Shown: positions 12,829 through 26,900, numbered from the stretch's first letter. The stretch is DNA of 64,000 bases from Macrostomum lignano (GCA_002269645.1 NIVC01001894.1:124001-188000); one strand, 5' to 3'. Notes: generated by a model from the sequence alone, not told the origin. Numbers and translations are program-made.

Positions 12829-13789
12829 CCATTGCTAGGGAATATCTCAGCTTTTGAGGCGTCTTTGTGTGTGTCTGAGGTGTCTTTTTTTTTAAAGCAG
12901 AGACATGCATAAAACAGCTGTGCAAATTTCATGCAGAAAGACCAAAGTGGGATGATGTAGCAGCTTCTCAAAAAACTACTATATACAGTATTTGGTATAT
13001 TGGGAAAGGTCGTAACAACAATAGCTAGGGAATATCTCAGCTTGTGAAGTGTCTTTGTGTGTGATTAAGGTGTCTTTTTAAAGCATAGACATGCATAAAA
13101 GTTTCTATAAATTCACAGTATCTTGCGTAATAAATAGACAATTTTGTTAAACATTTACTGAACGATTTCTGAATGTCTGTCTGAATGTCTGTCAGGAAAC
13201 CAATACATTTTGACCCCAAACTATTTTGCCCATAGACCATTTTTCCCATAACCTAGTTCAACTATAGGCATTTCAGCCACAATTAGGCCTAATGATTAAA
13301 TATATATTGCTAAGCTAAGTGTACTATTTATACACTTTATTTTGCCTTCTTAGAAAAACACTCTAACATGAAATAATTTGCAAACAATCCTATATACTAA
13401 AAATGGTTTGTTGGTAAGTATCTATCTATCTATCTATGTGATCGATTTGAGCAAAAACGTCTGAACCAATTTTCTTCGAACTTGCACTGTTCGACCAGAA
13501 ATTTTTCTGTGATGGTACATGCATTGTGGTTAAGAAATTACTTGATATTAAAGGGATTAAATATTTGAAAAACATGCTATATATAAGTGCTAAAATTCAT
13601 GTTATCAAAATGATGAGAGCTAGCCTAGAGGTAAACAGACTAAACTGCTAAATGCAGGGACAATGGTTCCTCACTGGGATGCAACTCTGACATTTTGCAA
13701 GCTGTTGGTTCGATTTTGGACCAAAATTAACACAAAATTTATTTTTGGTCCAACTTTGAACCATTCAGGACACAGTTTTTGTCATCCAG

Positions 13790-14170
13790 AAAGTCGTCTG
13801 GCTGTCTGAGATTTTTTGTACCAATTTTTGCACAACTAAACCCGATTTTTACCCTTACTGTGTCAGACAAAAGTCGGCTTGCTGTCGGAGATTTTTTGTA
13901 CCAATTTTTGCATGACTGAAACCAAATTTTTACCCTTACTGTGGCAGACAAAAGTCAGCTTGCTGTCTGAGATGTTTTGTACCAATTTTTGCATGACTGA
14001 AACCCAATTTTTACCCTTACTGTGTCAGACAAAAGTCAGCTTGCTGTCTGAGATGTTTTGTACCAATTTTTGCACGACTGAAACCCAATTTTTACCCTTA
14101 CTATGTCAGACAAAAGTCAGCTTGCTGTCTGAGATTGTTTGTACCAATTTTTTCTTGACTGAAACCCAAT
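13790..14170. repeat. 81-bp tandem repeat, ~4.5 copies
   Basis: AGACAAAAGTC recurs at 13865, 13946, 14027 and 14108. Confidence 0.85.
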
Positions 14171-15134
14171 TTTTCAAACATTTATCAGATTTAAAAGATT
14201 TATTAAACATAGGTGTAATTGTAGGAATATTAAAACTTATGGCAGAAATTTTTGTTGAAATTTATTATAAAAAGTCCATTTCAATGGGGTGCTTTCGTAG
14301 AAATCAGGTGCTAGAAAAATTGTACTCAAGCCTGAGCTGCCTGGCTGCTATTAGATTATATTAGATTAGAGGATTACATACATTTAGACTACAGATTAGA
14401 GACAAAAGATAAAATTGGATATATAGGACCAATGAATTCAGAATGGTAAAGTGAGATCAAGGAGTATAGACTAGCAATAAGATTAGATACTAAGACCAGA
14501 GACATGATTTAACTCTCACGATTAGCAATTATGTGCCACATTAGTGGTTGCTAATTGTATTGTAATGTAGCTTGTATAAATAAACATATAAAATAATATA
14601 CTTTACCATTTGTAAATGGTACTCTACTGTCCATGGAGACAGTTTAATGTACTGTATACTTAAGATAAGCAATTGAGCGCATAACTGAGTGCGGCTTTCA
14701 GTGCATTTCGATTGATTTAAGAGAAATAAAGTTTAAGGCTTAAAGTTGAACCAATCATTGTCGATGAGAATCGTTGAAAATGGTTTGTTTTTTATTTACA
14801 AGTGAAGTGACAGATGAAGGTCGGAGTTATTTCAAGCAAAAGTCTGAGTTGTTGTTATAGTTTGCACCAAAAATCGGCAAGTCAGCGACAAACTCGGTTC
14901 AATTTTGAGGGATAGAATCGACAAAATAGGGCTAATGTTGGGTTAAAGATAAATTTCAAATCATTTTTCTTCCGTTTTTTATTGTTGGAAGTTGGACAAA
15001 GATGAAAATCGTAGATAAATCGTGTTGTTTCATGTCAATCAACCGTCGGGCCAAAATCTAGGTTGCATCCCAGCGGGTCAAATTTCTAGACAATAGAGTT
15101 TTTTAATTAAAGCTTTTTAGTGCCAAGAAAACTA

Positions 15135-15400
15135 AAAAATCATGGAAGTGTCATGTAAAAATCATAGAAGCGTCGTGTAAACAATCATAGAAGCATCATG
15201 AAAAAATCATAGAAGTGTCATGTAAACAATCATAAAAGCATCATGTAAAAGATCATAGAAGCATCATGTAAACAATCATGGAAGTGTCATGTAAAAATCA
15301 TAGAAGCATCATCAAAAAATCATACAAGCATTATGGAAGAATAAAAGAAGCATCATGTAAAAATTAAAAGAAGCGTCATGTCAGACCTGAAAGAAGTGTC
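15135..15400. repeat. Degenerate ~21-22-bp tandem repeat
   Basis: ATCATAGAAGCATCATGTAAAA-like units. Confidence 0.65.
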
Positions 15401-17707
15401 ATAAAAATTAAATGAAGCTATAGTGCTGTGCTGGGGAGAATTACTGGGATGTCAAGGTTCACAGAGAATAACTAAGATTATGGGGGGGGGTTTCTAAGAT
15501 GTCAAAGCAAAAGTCAGAAGCTACTTCAAAGTAAATGTACTTTAATCAATTTTTTATTACATTCTTTGTTGGCTCACCATGCTGGGGGGGGAGGCGCTGA
15601 TAGAAGAGTCATGTAAAAAAGAAAAGAAGCAACTATGTATGCATAAAAGAAAAGCCATGTCAAAGTTAAAAGATTCATTTGGGAATTGCTACAATGTCAA
15701 GGCTTGGAGGGAATTGTTATAATGCTATGATTCTTAAAGAAGGAATCACAAAAATGTCAAGGCTTAGGGGAGAAGAATTGCTGAGATTTCAAGGCTTTAG
15801 GTTGGGTTAAAGTTAGGTTTAGGTCAGGTTTGGGTTGAGGGTTAGATTTCAGCGTGTTTCAAGGTTAACAGGGTTTTTTTAGATTTCAAGGTTTATAGGA
15901 GACACTGCTGACATGAATAGCTGAGATGTCAAGGCTAAAGTCAGAAGCTACATGTAGTTTATTGAAAACTTTTTATTACATTATTTGTTGGCTTCTCACA
16001 GGAGGGATCACTGATAGAAAAAGCCTAATGTAAAAAATAAAAGAAGGTTCATGTCGAAGTTAAGAGATTCATTTGGGAATGCCTACAATGTTGAGGCTTG
16101 CAAGGAATTGCTATGATGCTGTAGTGCTATAATGACTTTTGGTGAGAATTACTGAAATGTCAATGCTTTAGGGTTAGGGTTAGGGTTATGCTAGGGTTAG
16201 AAAGTAGACAGATTTTTTAAGATTTCAAGGCTTATGGGGGCATCACTGAGATGTCAAGGGGGGAGTTGATATGTTAAGGCTTGTGGGGGGAATTGCTGAC
16301 ATGTCAAGACTCACAAGGGACTGCTGGGGTAAAATGCAGAGACGCTACATGTAGTTTATTAAAACAACTTGTACTGCATTTTTTGGCTCCCCAATAGGGG
16401 GCGCTGATTGCTAGTATAGCTCTAATATTAAATAATTTGCAAACAATATAGAGGCCAAACAACATTGATGCAAAGTTATCTCAAAATATAAAGAAGTGAA
16501 ATACTCATATATACTTACAAATTTTAAACTATTGTATATTTTTTATAAAAATTAAACATTTTCTAAAAGCAATAATGAGAATTTTTTAATATTGCCTTTT
16601 TTAGAAATTATTACCTATATGTTAGTTGGCTTAGCCTTAGCTCTGGCATATTGCTCCAATAATTTTAGCTAAGCATTTTTAGTTATGCCCATATATACTA
16701 TATAACAATCATTGTTGCAAACACAAGTGAACAATTGTTTAGGCCTTTATATTGGCTATAAGTATAACTTATATATATGATATATACAATAGAAATTTCC
16801 ATTATGTATACCCTTCTTTGGGGCAATAATTATGTTTTATTACATGTTAAAGATTTAAAGTAGGCCTAGCATCGAAAAGCTATAATCATAGTCATTTAAA
16901 TCAAAAAAGGCTTAGAGAGAAACCTTTTTTTTGTAAATTGAACTATTACAATGGGGTCATTTTTTGTATATTTATTTATGTATATAAAAATTCTATTCTA
17001 TATTTCTTGACATATAAGCCTAGTATATATATTTTTAATTAAATATTTAAATAATAGTATAAAATAAAAATATTGGCTAGTATATTGTAGTTAATTGCCT
17101 ATATTGGCTCTTTTTATGTATATCTCTAATAGATTCAATACAAAATTCTATAGCATTAGCCTAGTGTAGGCCTATTTAAACTTATTTAAATAGTCTACTT
17201 TCATTGTTTTGGCTTAATAGCATAATCATTCCTTGTTTTTATAGTTATTTTACTCACTGTTTTGTACTGATGCCTATGATATTAATTTTGTTTTTTATTT
17301 GCCTACTTTGTATGATTTAAATAATTTTGTCACAATCATGTGTATATTTCCTTTGTTATTGCAGCTCTAGATGTATTGTACATGCCAATCTAACCTAATG
17401 CCAAGCAACCCCTTCTTAAGGTGCATCAGTCTTCTTTTCTCTTGTACATTAAAAAAATAAAAACACAGTATTAACATTCTAGTAGACTTAATGCATTGTC
17501 TTTCTGTCCTCCCAAAAAAGTGCTATGTATACTCATACTAGTTGATATTATTATAGCCTAGTTCTTTTTTGCACTCCATTAATAATGCTATATGATATGA
17601 TAACATCTAATAAGCAAATGGAGAATGAGATTTTGTAGCAAAAACCATTGTGTCTCCCACTGCCCTGAGCAGCTTAATCATTTTGAGTTCTCCACTTTCA
17701 CAGCCAG

Positions 17708-20700
17708 ATGGGCAACGCCCTCCGCTGCTGGCCATGCCACTCCAAAGCCAAGCAGGGCCCGGCGACCCGGCTTATAGTGCCAAACTTCAAGTTCGAAGAC
17801 TGGCCAGATAGCGACAATCCTAATAAGCGATTCGCCAACAATTGCATTAAGACTACAAAGTACAGCCTGTTGACTTTTCTGCCATTAAATTTGTGGGAGC
17901 AGTTCCACAGGTTCGCCAATATTTACTTTGTATTTATTGTGGTGCTAAACTTCATGCCCGAAGTGTCGGCATTCGCCAAAGAGCTGTCGCCCATACCGGT
18001 AGTATTCGTGCTGGCTGTCACAGCCGTTAAAGACGCCTTCGAGAACTACAGGCGCTACCGGTCTGATCAGCGCATCAATCACAGCCGCTGCCAGGTGTAC
18101 AGGCGCTCTGTGCGCGACTACGTGCCAGACGAGTGGCGCCGCCTCTGGCCAGGCGATATTGTAAAGCTGAGAGCTAACGATGTCATACCGGCCGATATTT
18201 TGTTGCTGCACAGCTCGGATCCGGCTGGCCTGTGCTACATTGAGACCTGCAATATCGATGGCGAGACCAATTTGAAACAGAGACACGTCATGCGCGGCCT
18301 GGAGCTGAAGGTGCGTTGTTGGCCGAGGAGTCGGGAAAGATATGCTTAGTATTGAAATCAATTGGGCTCCGGGTTTTTGCGTCACAAGCTCTAATCAGCA
18401 AGATGTTAAAATTTGTATAAAAGTTCAATCTTGAGAAGAAATTTTAAGCCTGTAAAGTTTCGAATCTGACTATAACTTTGTTTACTATTACTATTTTATT
18501 GGAAATAGTTTCCAGTTTTCGATCTGTGTGTGTGTGCAGTCTGAATCGAAAGTTCGAATGCGGATTGGCAAATCTCACAGGAGGGCCCTGGGGCGAAGCA
18601 AGACTCCTGAGCACACGCAAGCGCGCCAATACTGTACGCAAGCACACAGCTCACACAGGGTGTACAGCGGCCCTGGCCATCGCATGTACACTCTGTACTT
18701 TAGGGGGGTTGGCCCTCACCCTCATGGGTGTGAAGTGTACGACAACCCTTAGTCAATTTTCATGCACAAGCCCCAGTTTATGTCAATGTGGCCGCGCACG
18801 GAATCAAATCAAGGACTACTCAAGTAGGAGGATGCACGGAATCAAACCAAGGACTACTCAAGTAGGAGGATGCACGGAATCAAACCAAGGACTACTCAAG
18901 TAGGAGGATGCACGGAATCAAACCAAGGACTACTCAAGTAGGAGGATGCACGTGAAGTACAATGGGGTTTCTTCCCGGTTTAGGCCCTTGCGGATTACCT
19001 TCAGACTCGGGCCTCTTCAGTGGGAAGTTCTCTTAACTCTCAGTAGCGTAGGTAGTGCTGCCACCAGTTCCTTCAGGTCTCGGCCTTCGGTGAGGTGAGC
19101 TTCCCGTCGGAACGAAATAATGAAGTCAACGAACACAGCACAGCGTGCAGATTTAGAGCGCAACGAATAGGGCGTCTCGTCAGCAGTACCTGCCGGGCTA
19201 GGATGGTAGAGGGAGGGCTGAGTTAGCCTCTCGTAGACTTGGGTTGACTTGGTCGGGTTTCAGTCGGAGCAATAGGAATAGAGTCAATATGCGCAAAGGC
19301 TCGGACACTCGGGGATTTGGTCACACGCAGACGTAGAACTCGAGGCTGAACAGAAAGAAGACTCCTTGACGGAAACAAGGGGGAGAGGGCTCCTATTTAT
19401 AGCCGGGAAACACCTGCGCTCAAGACCTCGTGACTTGTTCTATTTTTAGAACTGACGTCACTCGAGAGTCTCGGGCAGGGTACAAGCGTGCGGAAGACCT
19501 CGTGACTTGTTCTATTTTTAGAACTGACGTCACTTGAGGTCCCTGGCCAGAGTACACGCGGCTGTGACTCAGTTGCTATTTTTAGCAACATGAGTCACTC
19601 CTCTCCTTAGAGAAGGGAGGGGTCCGAAAGCACGTGACTCACCCGGTAAACAGGGCCAACGAGTGCAGTAAACATGTTTACTGCACTTTAAGACTCAGAG
19701 AACGCAAGAACTGTCATGTGACTTGCTCACATGACAGAGGAAGACAGGACGGAAGCGAAACAGAGACAGCCCACAGTTAAGAGACTGAGGGCTGAGAACG
19801 GAAACGCAGCAGGGCGGAAAGGACACAGGGCGACAGGCAAACGAAAGGAGGGCGGGAAGCTGACCAGCGGCAGACAGCAACCCAAAGGGAGGGCAAGGGA
19901 ACGGCTGACTAGGGCGACGCCTAACCATAAACTAGCGGCTCACTACACACGGAATCAAACCAAGGACTACTCAAGTAGGAGGATGCACGGAATCAAACCA
20001 AGGACTACTCAAGTAGGAGGATGCACGGAATCAAATCAAGGACTATTCAGGCACGGGACATGTGCAATTGTACGTAGAATAAAAAATTAGCATAGAACCC
20101 TAATTTTCTGAACGAAAACTTTATGAATATCAATAGAGCTATAAGAAAGGCACAGCATATGAAAAGATGAGCATTGAGTCTGCCTCCTATCGAAAGCAGT
20201 GAAAATTTTTGTGTTGAAAAATGAAAGCTTCCTATCTCCGTAGTGTATTTTGCGGCGAAAACCAGCCTGGAGCCTCCTTAACATTTTCTAATAAGCTTAG
20301 TTTCTCGTCCTCCGACTTGAGCAGTCCTTGAATCGAATACTGGGGTCTGGGGCGCGAAAGTCAGAAGCGTTTACCGCTAAACTGGCATGTCCAAATGATT
20401 TTGGCAAATAGGTTTGGTTTATTATTTAAAACGCAGGTTATCCGACGGAATGCTTGGCTCTGTGTGAATTTAGACTTCATTTCAGTTGAATCTTCTAGCA
20501 CGAACTATTTGCGGTGTTGCAGCGCTTATTTAATACGTTTAATTGGTTAAGGTGTATTCAATATTGGTGCGTTTTGTAGTTATATCAATTTTATTTCTTT
20601 AATTAATAGTCCCAGGCTGTTACTGCGCAATAGTAAATTATTATTATTTCCTATTTCCAGCAATGTTCCCTTGCAACTTTAAGCAATTTAGCTGAATGCA

Positions 20701-23488
20701 GGTATTGCCGTTGGGTAAATCTTAAACCATAAATAATGCATTAGATGCCAAATGCATTTTTAACCCTGCAATAATCCACTCTACTAAAATTGAAATTTCT
20801 TAACTAAGTAATCTTTTTTCTCAAATTTACTTAGTAAGAACCGAAAATTCGTAGGTTAATAATCCTAGGAATTCTTAAATTGCTACTAGCCTTAATTTTA
20901 CTCACATTTTGCTACTTGTATGAACTTTGCTGTGATTAGCTTAACTTATTTGATTTTTAATACATCAGTAGCTTCTACCCTTGCGTCTGTGCAACCTGAG
21001 GTCATTGAGTGGCTTCTAACCTTGCATTTGTGCAACCTGAGGTCATTGAGTGGCTTCTACCCTTGCATCGGTGCAACCTGAGGTCATTGAGTGGCTTCTA
21101 CCCTTGCATCGGTGCAACCTGAAGTCATTGAGTGGCTTCTACCCTTGCATCAGTGCAACCTGAGGTCATTGAGCTGCTTCTACCCTTGCATCGGTGGTGC
21201 AACCTGAGGTCATTGAGCTGCTTCTACCCTTGCATCGGTGGTGCAACCTGAGGTCATTGAGCTGCTTCTACCCTTGCATCGGTGCATCCTGAGGTCATTG
21301 AGCAGCTTCTACCCTTGCATCGGTGCATCCTGAGGTCATTGAGCAGCTTCTACCCTTGCATTGGTGCATCCTGAGGTCATTGAGCTGCTTCTACCCTTGC
21401 ATCGGTGGTGCAACCTGAGGTCATTGAGCTGCTTCTACCCTTGCATCGGTGCATCCTGAGGTCATTGAGCAGCTTCTACCCTTGCATCGGTGCATCCTGA
21501 GGTCATTGAGCAGCTTCTACCCTTGCATCGGTGCAACCTGAGGTCATTGAGTCAGTCTTAGTGAGACTATTTTTGTATTTTATCTTTTAAAAATCACCAA
21601 TCAGGAGCTTTAGTAGTAGCTTTATATTAAAGCTAATCATTTAATTATAACTTCTGCATTAAAATGAGTTTTTTCTAGTTGCTAAAACCAGAGCCTTGTG
21701 TTGCTTTGAATCGCTAAAAATGTCGTCCCGGTCCTGTTTTTTTCAGCATTCACTCGCAGGGGTAAAACTGCTATATTGTTTATCTTGAAGAGTTCAGTTC
21801 ATTAATTTGCAGTTTGCTTTTTACACTGTTTATTTAACGAGAGTTCAATAATTGGAGTTGCACTATTGATGTTTAAAAACGACGGCATTTTATTCTGCCT
21901 AGAAATTAAAAGTTAGTAAAATTTTGCATGATCGTACGAGCTATGTATCATCAGTTACTAAGTTTTTATATTTTTATTACTGACTAATTTTGTGCTCAAA
22001 GTTAACTAACGGATTTTCAGATAGAAAAGTTTTTGCTATCAATCGGAGTGCTATTAGCACCCATAAAGTTCCGCTGTGTTTAATAGAAGGACGAGAAGAA
22101 CTTCGTTTCTTAGAAAGCCTTTTGTTACTGGAACTCTTTTGTGCCAAAAAACGACAAGTTCCTAAATCCGTGGTGGATTTTAGCAACCCCAGTCTCCTGA
22201 TATGTTCTTAGAAACGAGGTTTCCCGTCCTTAAACTACTAAAGTCGTCCTTGGACCTGCCTCTAGAGCGTGTTCAGTATTTATCTAATAATATACATTTT
22301 AAAGGATATAAAAAGTACAAATTTCTTAATCCATTTTCAGGAATTCGACCCAGAAACTTTTGTACACGACGTTGAAGTTGAGGTGCCGAATACCGAGATT
22401 TACAAATTTGACGGCACTGTGTACGTTGACTATCTCTATGAATTTTGACTGCCAGCTAGTCTTTGTTTCACTGTAGGAATACCAATGCCCTTTTTCCGTA
22501 CGTCGAACTACTAAAGGGGAATCCCCCTGACAATTTTTTTGCTGCGCCTGAACGGAGAAGCGCAGGCACACGAAATTCAATACTCACTGATGTCATCTGT
22601 TGAAGGTTCCGACAGCGTCGGGATGATACTAGCTGAGGATGTCCAGCAGTTGAGGCTTGCCCACTGCCGAGGCTTGATCATCGATACTAGAGAAGTTCGC
22701 AACCATAGTCACCTGGTGCTATCTGTTGAAGGTCCAGAAGGCCAGTGACCAACGAAGTCAGAGCTGATGCAGACCCATGTGATCCACGTGCTGATGAAAT
22801 TTGGAGGCTTGGCAAGGCTGCACTGAGGGGTGTACTGAATACACTGGCGCTTATAGGAAAATCCGACCTTCTGGCAGAATCGTCGAATATCTCGACGGTC
22901 CGGAGGGCTGACGACTTGATTCTTCTTAGCCCGTGTTCTTCAATTTCGTGTGCCTGCGTTGCTTCATTCGGCCCCCCACCCTTGGTAGTTCTACTGTTAA
23001 TTAAAAATGTTTCTAAGATTTTTAACCTTCACTTTTACAGGCGCATCCGAGGCGCCGATGATAACGTTGTCGCCATTCATAAGGAGAATCTCATTCTCAG
23101 AGGCTGCACTATTCGCAATACCAATTCCGTTGAGGGCATGGTTATTTATGCTGGTAAGGCCTGGCTCTGCTTTATAACCTGTGGCTGTTGTGTTTTGCTG
23201 ACTTTCTGTATGCTAAGTCTTCTGTGTTTTATGTTTTTTAAAGGTTCAGTCATAAGGTGTAATAATTTATCCTCTGCAGTAAGGTTTTTCAAATTCAAAA
23301 CTTTATCCAAGGTTTCTTGGTAAAATTTTTCACGGGGGAGCACTGCAAAAGTTCCTATTGCACTTGAAGAGGAGCGTTTTCTGCATGTATTTGTCTGTCT
23401 GGATGACTGTATGTTTGTCTGTCTGTCCTGTCTGTCTGTCTGTCTGTCTGTCCGTCTATCTGTCTGTCTGTCTGTCTGTCTGTCTGTG

Positions 23489-23537
<49 letters not shown>

Positions 23538-23544
23538 GCCTGCC

Positions 23545-23581
<37 letters not shown>

Positions 23582-23582
23582 A

Positions 23583-23645
<63 letters not shown>

Positions 23646-23808
23646 TAGTGTCTTAGTGTCTGTCTGTCTTAGTGTCTGTCTGTCTGTCTTAGTGTCTGTC
23701 TGTCTTAGTGTCTGTCTGTCTGTCTTAATGTCTGTCTGTCTTAGTGTCTGTCTGTCTTAGTGTCTGTCTGTCTTAGTGTCTGTCTGTCTTAGTGTCTGTC
23801 TGTCTTAG

Positions 23809-23883
<75 letters not shown>

Positions 23884-23904
23884 CTGTCCGTCTGTCTGTC
23901 TGTC

Positions 23905-23939
<35 letters not shown>

Positions 23940-26900
23940 CTGTATGCCTCTCCGCTGGTCTTAATTTCATAGCTTGCTATTCAGTTTTAACGTCTGCAGA
24001 ACATTCAGTGCCAACAGGCATCAATCATTGATGACAGGTGGGCAAATTTATCATTAATCAAGAAATATTTAATTTAATTTTCTATTATCTTGGTATTGAT
24101 AGTGGTAAAATCTGTGATGATTTTGAAGAACTATTCTGAATAAATATTTTGCAACAGTAAAAGCAAAACCAACACAGAGCCTCTGTAACAAAGGTATTTC
24201 TGCTTATCTTCTGTTTGGAATTACGAGTTGATTTAACTATTCTATACTATATATAAGAGCACGTAAAAGTGCAATACGCTAAGTCTGGTCTCTAATCCTC
24301 AAAGCTGGGGCGCTGCCGCATTCCCGGATCCTCTCAGACTAAACCACCGCCACTCTCCCAGATCCTCAGTTGCTGGGCCACCGTCACCCTCACAGATCCT
24401 CAGTTGCTGGGCCACCGTCACCCTCACAGATCCTCAGTTGCTGGGCCACCCTCACAGATCCTCAGTTGCTGGGCCACCTTCCAAGATCCTCAGGCCGAGC
24501 AGCCTCACTCCCAGATCCTCAGGCCGAGCAGCCTCACTCCCAGATCCTCAGGCCGAGCAGCCTCACTCCCAGATCCTCAGGCCGAGCAGCCTCACTCCCA
24601 GATCCTCAGGCCGAGCAGCCTCACTCCCAGATCCTCAGGTCGGCACGTCTGCCACCTCATCATGCTTTTCAACAGTTAAGCTTCCAATTTTGCTAAAGCT
24701 CAGTTACAATAAGCTTCAAACAACGCTACCGACCGCAGGCCGCGAGACCAAAGCAATGATGAACAATCGCGGGCCAAGATTCAAGCGCAGCAAATTGGAG
24801 CGCCAGATTAACAAAGATGTAATCTGGTGCGTTATCATACTGTTCGTGCTGTGCCTGTTTGGCGCTATTGGTGAGTTTCTTTTGTTCTTTTTCAGTGTTT
24901 ATGCAAATTACTTTCCCTTGTAATCTTGGTATTTGAAATCCCGACCGTTACCAGGCAGCGGCATTTGGCTACACGGATTCGTAAAGCCGGAGAGCGTTAT
25001 TTTCTTGTCGCTAGGCAACGACACTCGTTCAACGCCGGTTGTTCAAGCTTTCATTAACTTTTGGACTTATATTATTATACTGCAGGTGAGTTGCGGGTGT
25101 TGGTATTTTGCTACAGTCGATATTTCGGATTCTGAGACCGTCGCTTTTGAGTTCTGAGAAAAGTTCTGAGCTTTTTTACTTCTATTAGTCATCGCCTTTG
25201 AATTCTAAGATCGCCGCTTTTGTACTTTGATTAGTCGCTTTTAAATCCTAGGTTTGTCGCTTTTGTACTTTTAGTTGTCGCTTTTGACTTTTAAGATTTC
25301 TGTTTTTTTACTTTCATTAGTCGTCGAAATTGCCGCTTTTGTAATTTTGTACTTTTCCGCTTGTGATAATTGTGACTGCCTTTTTCTAGACTATCTATCA
25401 GATCATCGCCAAATCCCACTATGATTCTGCAGGCCATGATTCCGCTGGCTCTGTACGTGACAGTTGAATTTGTGAAGCTTGGCCAGACAGTCTACATCAA
25501 CAGCGACTTGGACATGTACGACCCGGAGCGGGACATGCCGGCCGAGTGTCGGGCTTTGAACATCACGGAAGACCTCGGCCAGATCGAATATGTTTTCACG
25601 GATAAGACTGGCACCCTGACTGAGAATAAAATGGAATTCAAACGGTGCAGCGTGCTTGGCCACGACTACGAATATTGCCAGACTCCGCCTCGGCCAACCG
25701 GTGAGTTTGTGCAGTGATCTATGAACAGTATATACATACATAGTACTGCTGGCCCAGTGTTTGTATATTCAAGGTCATTTTTTTATTTCACCTGCCCTAA
25801 TTGGGCCAGATGTGCAACCGACAGCTCAGCCGCAGCTATTTGCGCGGCGCATCTGAAGGCTACGTACGGCTGTTCAGTCCAAGGACTGGGGGGTCGCCAC
25901 ACACAGCCTCAATTACCCCAGCTAATGATGGCACCCATTTTACAGCTGGGTGAACTGAAGCAATGCAGAGTTAAGTCTCTTACTTAAGGACACGAATTGT
26001 TCCTAGTGGGTCGAGAATCGAACCCCCGACCTTTCAGTCGTGAGTCCGACGCTCTGACCACTAGGCTACAACCCACACAGCTATCTTCATCAGTCGAAAA
26101 AAATAATTTTGCAGCTTTGCTTACAGATTACTCAAATTTTAAATTTTATAGATGTCTTGAAATTCCAAGAATCCCTATAATTGTTAGTATTTTACGTTGA
26201 ATTCAAACAGATCCTGTGGACACGGTCTGCTTGCACTTGTTGGCAGGGAGAAAATATCGAAACATTCCATCCTTGATGCATGTAGTTGTGAATACCAGTC
26301 GCGTTTCAGTAAATAAAAGTACACAATAACTGACTGATCTCCGTGGCACCCTGAATCGATTCGACATTTTGTTTTGCTGCTCCCATATACGGTTGGCCAA
26401 TTAGTTGTTTGATCGACCCACTCACATCTTTGGTTGGATTCTTGGCTAATTATGACCAAGGCATTGTTAATGTGTGCTTTTTAGTATTCGCCCAGGGTCT
26501 GTTTTGTTTTATTGGTTACCTTTTAAATAACACCGCATATTATTGTGCAGTGTCTGTACGAGAATCCCTATTGTGTGTACTATTGCAGCTAAAGCGGCGG
26601 CGCCCGCTCGTGCAAATTGTAATTCGCATCAGCAAATGCCAGCGGATAGAAAGTTGACCAAGTTTAATCACTTGTCTCGAAGTATGTTAATAGTCTGGAT
26701 TGGGTTGTCTTTTATATTTCTTAACCACTATATATTTTGTTTACTTTGAGTGTTAGAACTGTGCGTTTTATTATCAAATGGTCAAATTATCAAATTTATA
26801 ACTTATTTCAATATTGTTATATTTTATTATTCTAAATGTGGTGAGGCTACGTTTCGGTACCCTTGTGACTTTTTTCAATATTAGAGAGGCCTGGGAAGTA

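Larger units (their letters stand above)
6467..13208 (-). mobile_element. Decayed Mutator-like (NOF-type MULE) DNA transposon with ~375-bp TIRs
   Basis: Inverted repeats at 6467-~6840 and ~12830-13208 (both outer ends ATGTATTGGTTTCC). 9-bp TSD-like flanks TTTGGCCCT (6458-6466) and TTTGACCCC (13209-13217). Internal minus-strand ORF fragments carry MULE DDE motifs. Confidence 0.85.

Noticed and set aside
15795-16200. TTAGGG-like runs as an interstitial telomere
   Set aside because: Only about 3-4 perfect units at 16169-16200 plus a degenerate patch, embedded in other degenerate repeats. Too short to support the call.
23358-24031. Long ORFs such as SVCL repeats, plus those at 28329-29042, 31544-32115, 35664-36221, 36967-37710, 38114-39035, 46098-46684, 52139-52481 and 58015-58724
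   Set aside because: They are translations of micro- and minisatellites, open in several frames or both strands at once, and lie in introns or intergenic DNA.
26010-26070. tRNA genes at the A/B-box motifs here and at 2000, 34650, 42290, 48810, 49700 and 53570
   Set aside because: No complete cloverleaf or acceptor stem is apparent, and each continues into a shared SINE body and tail.
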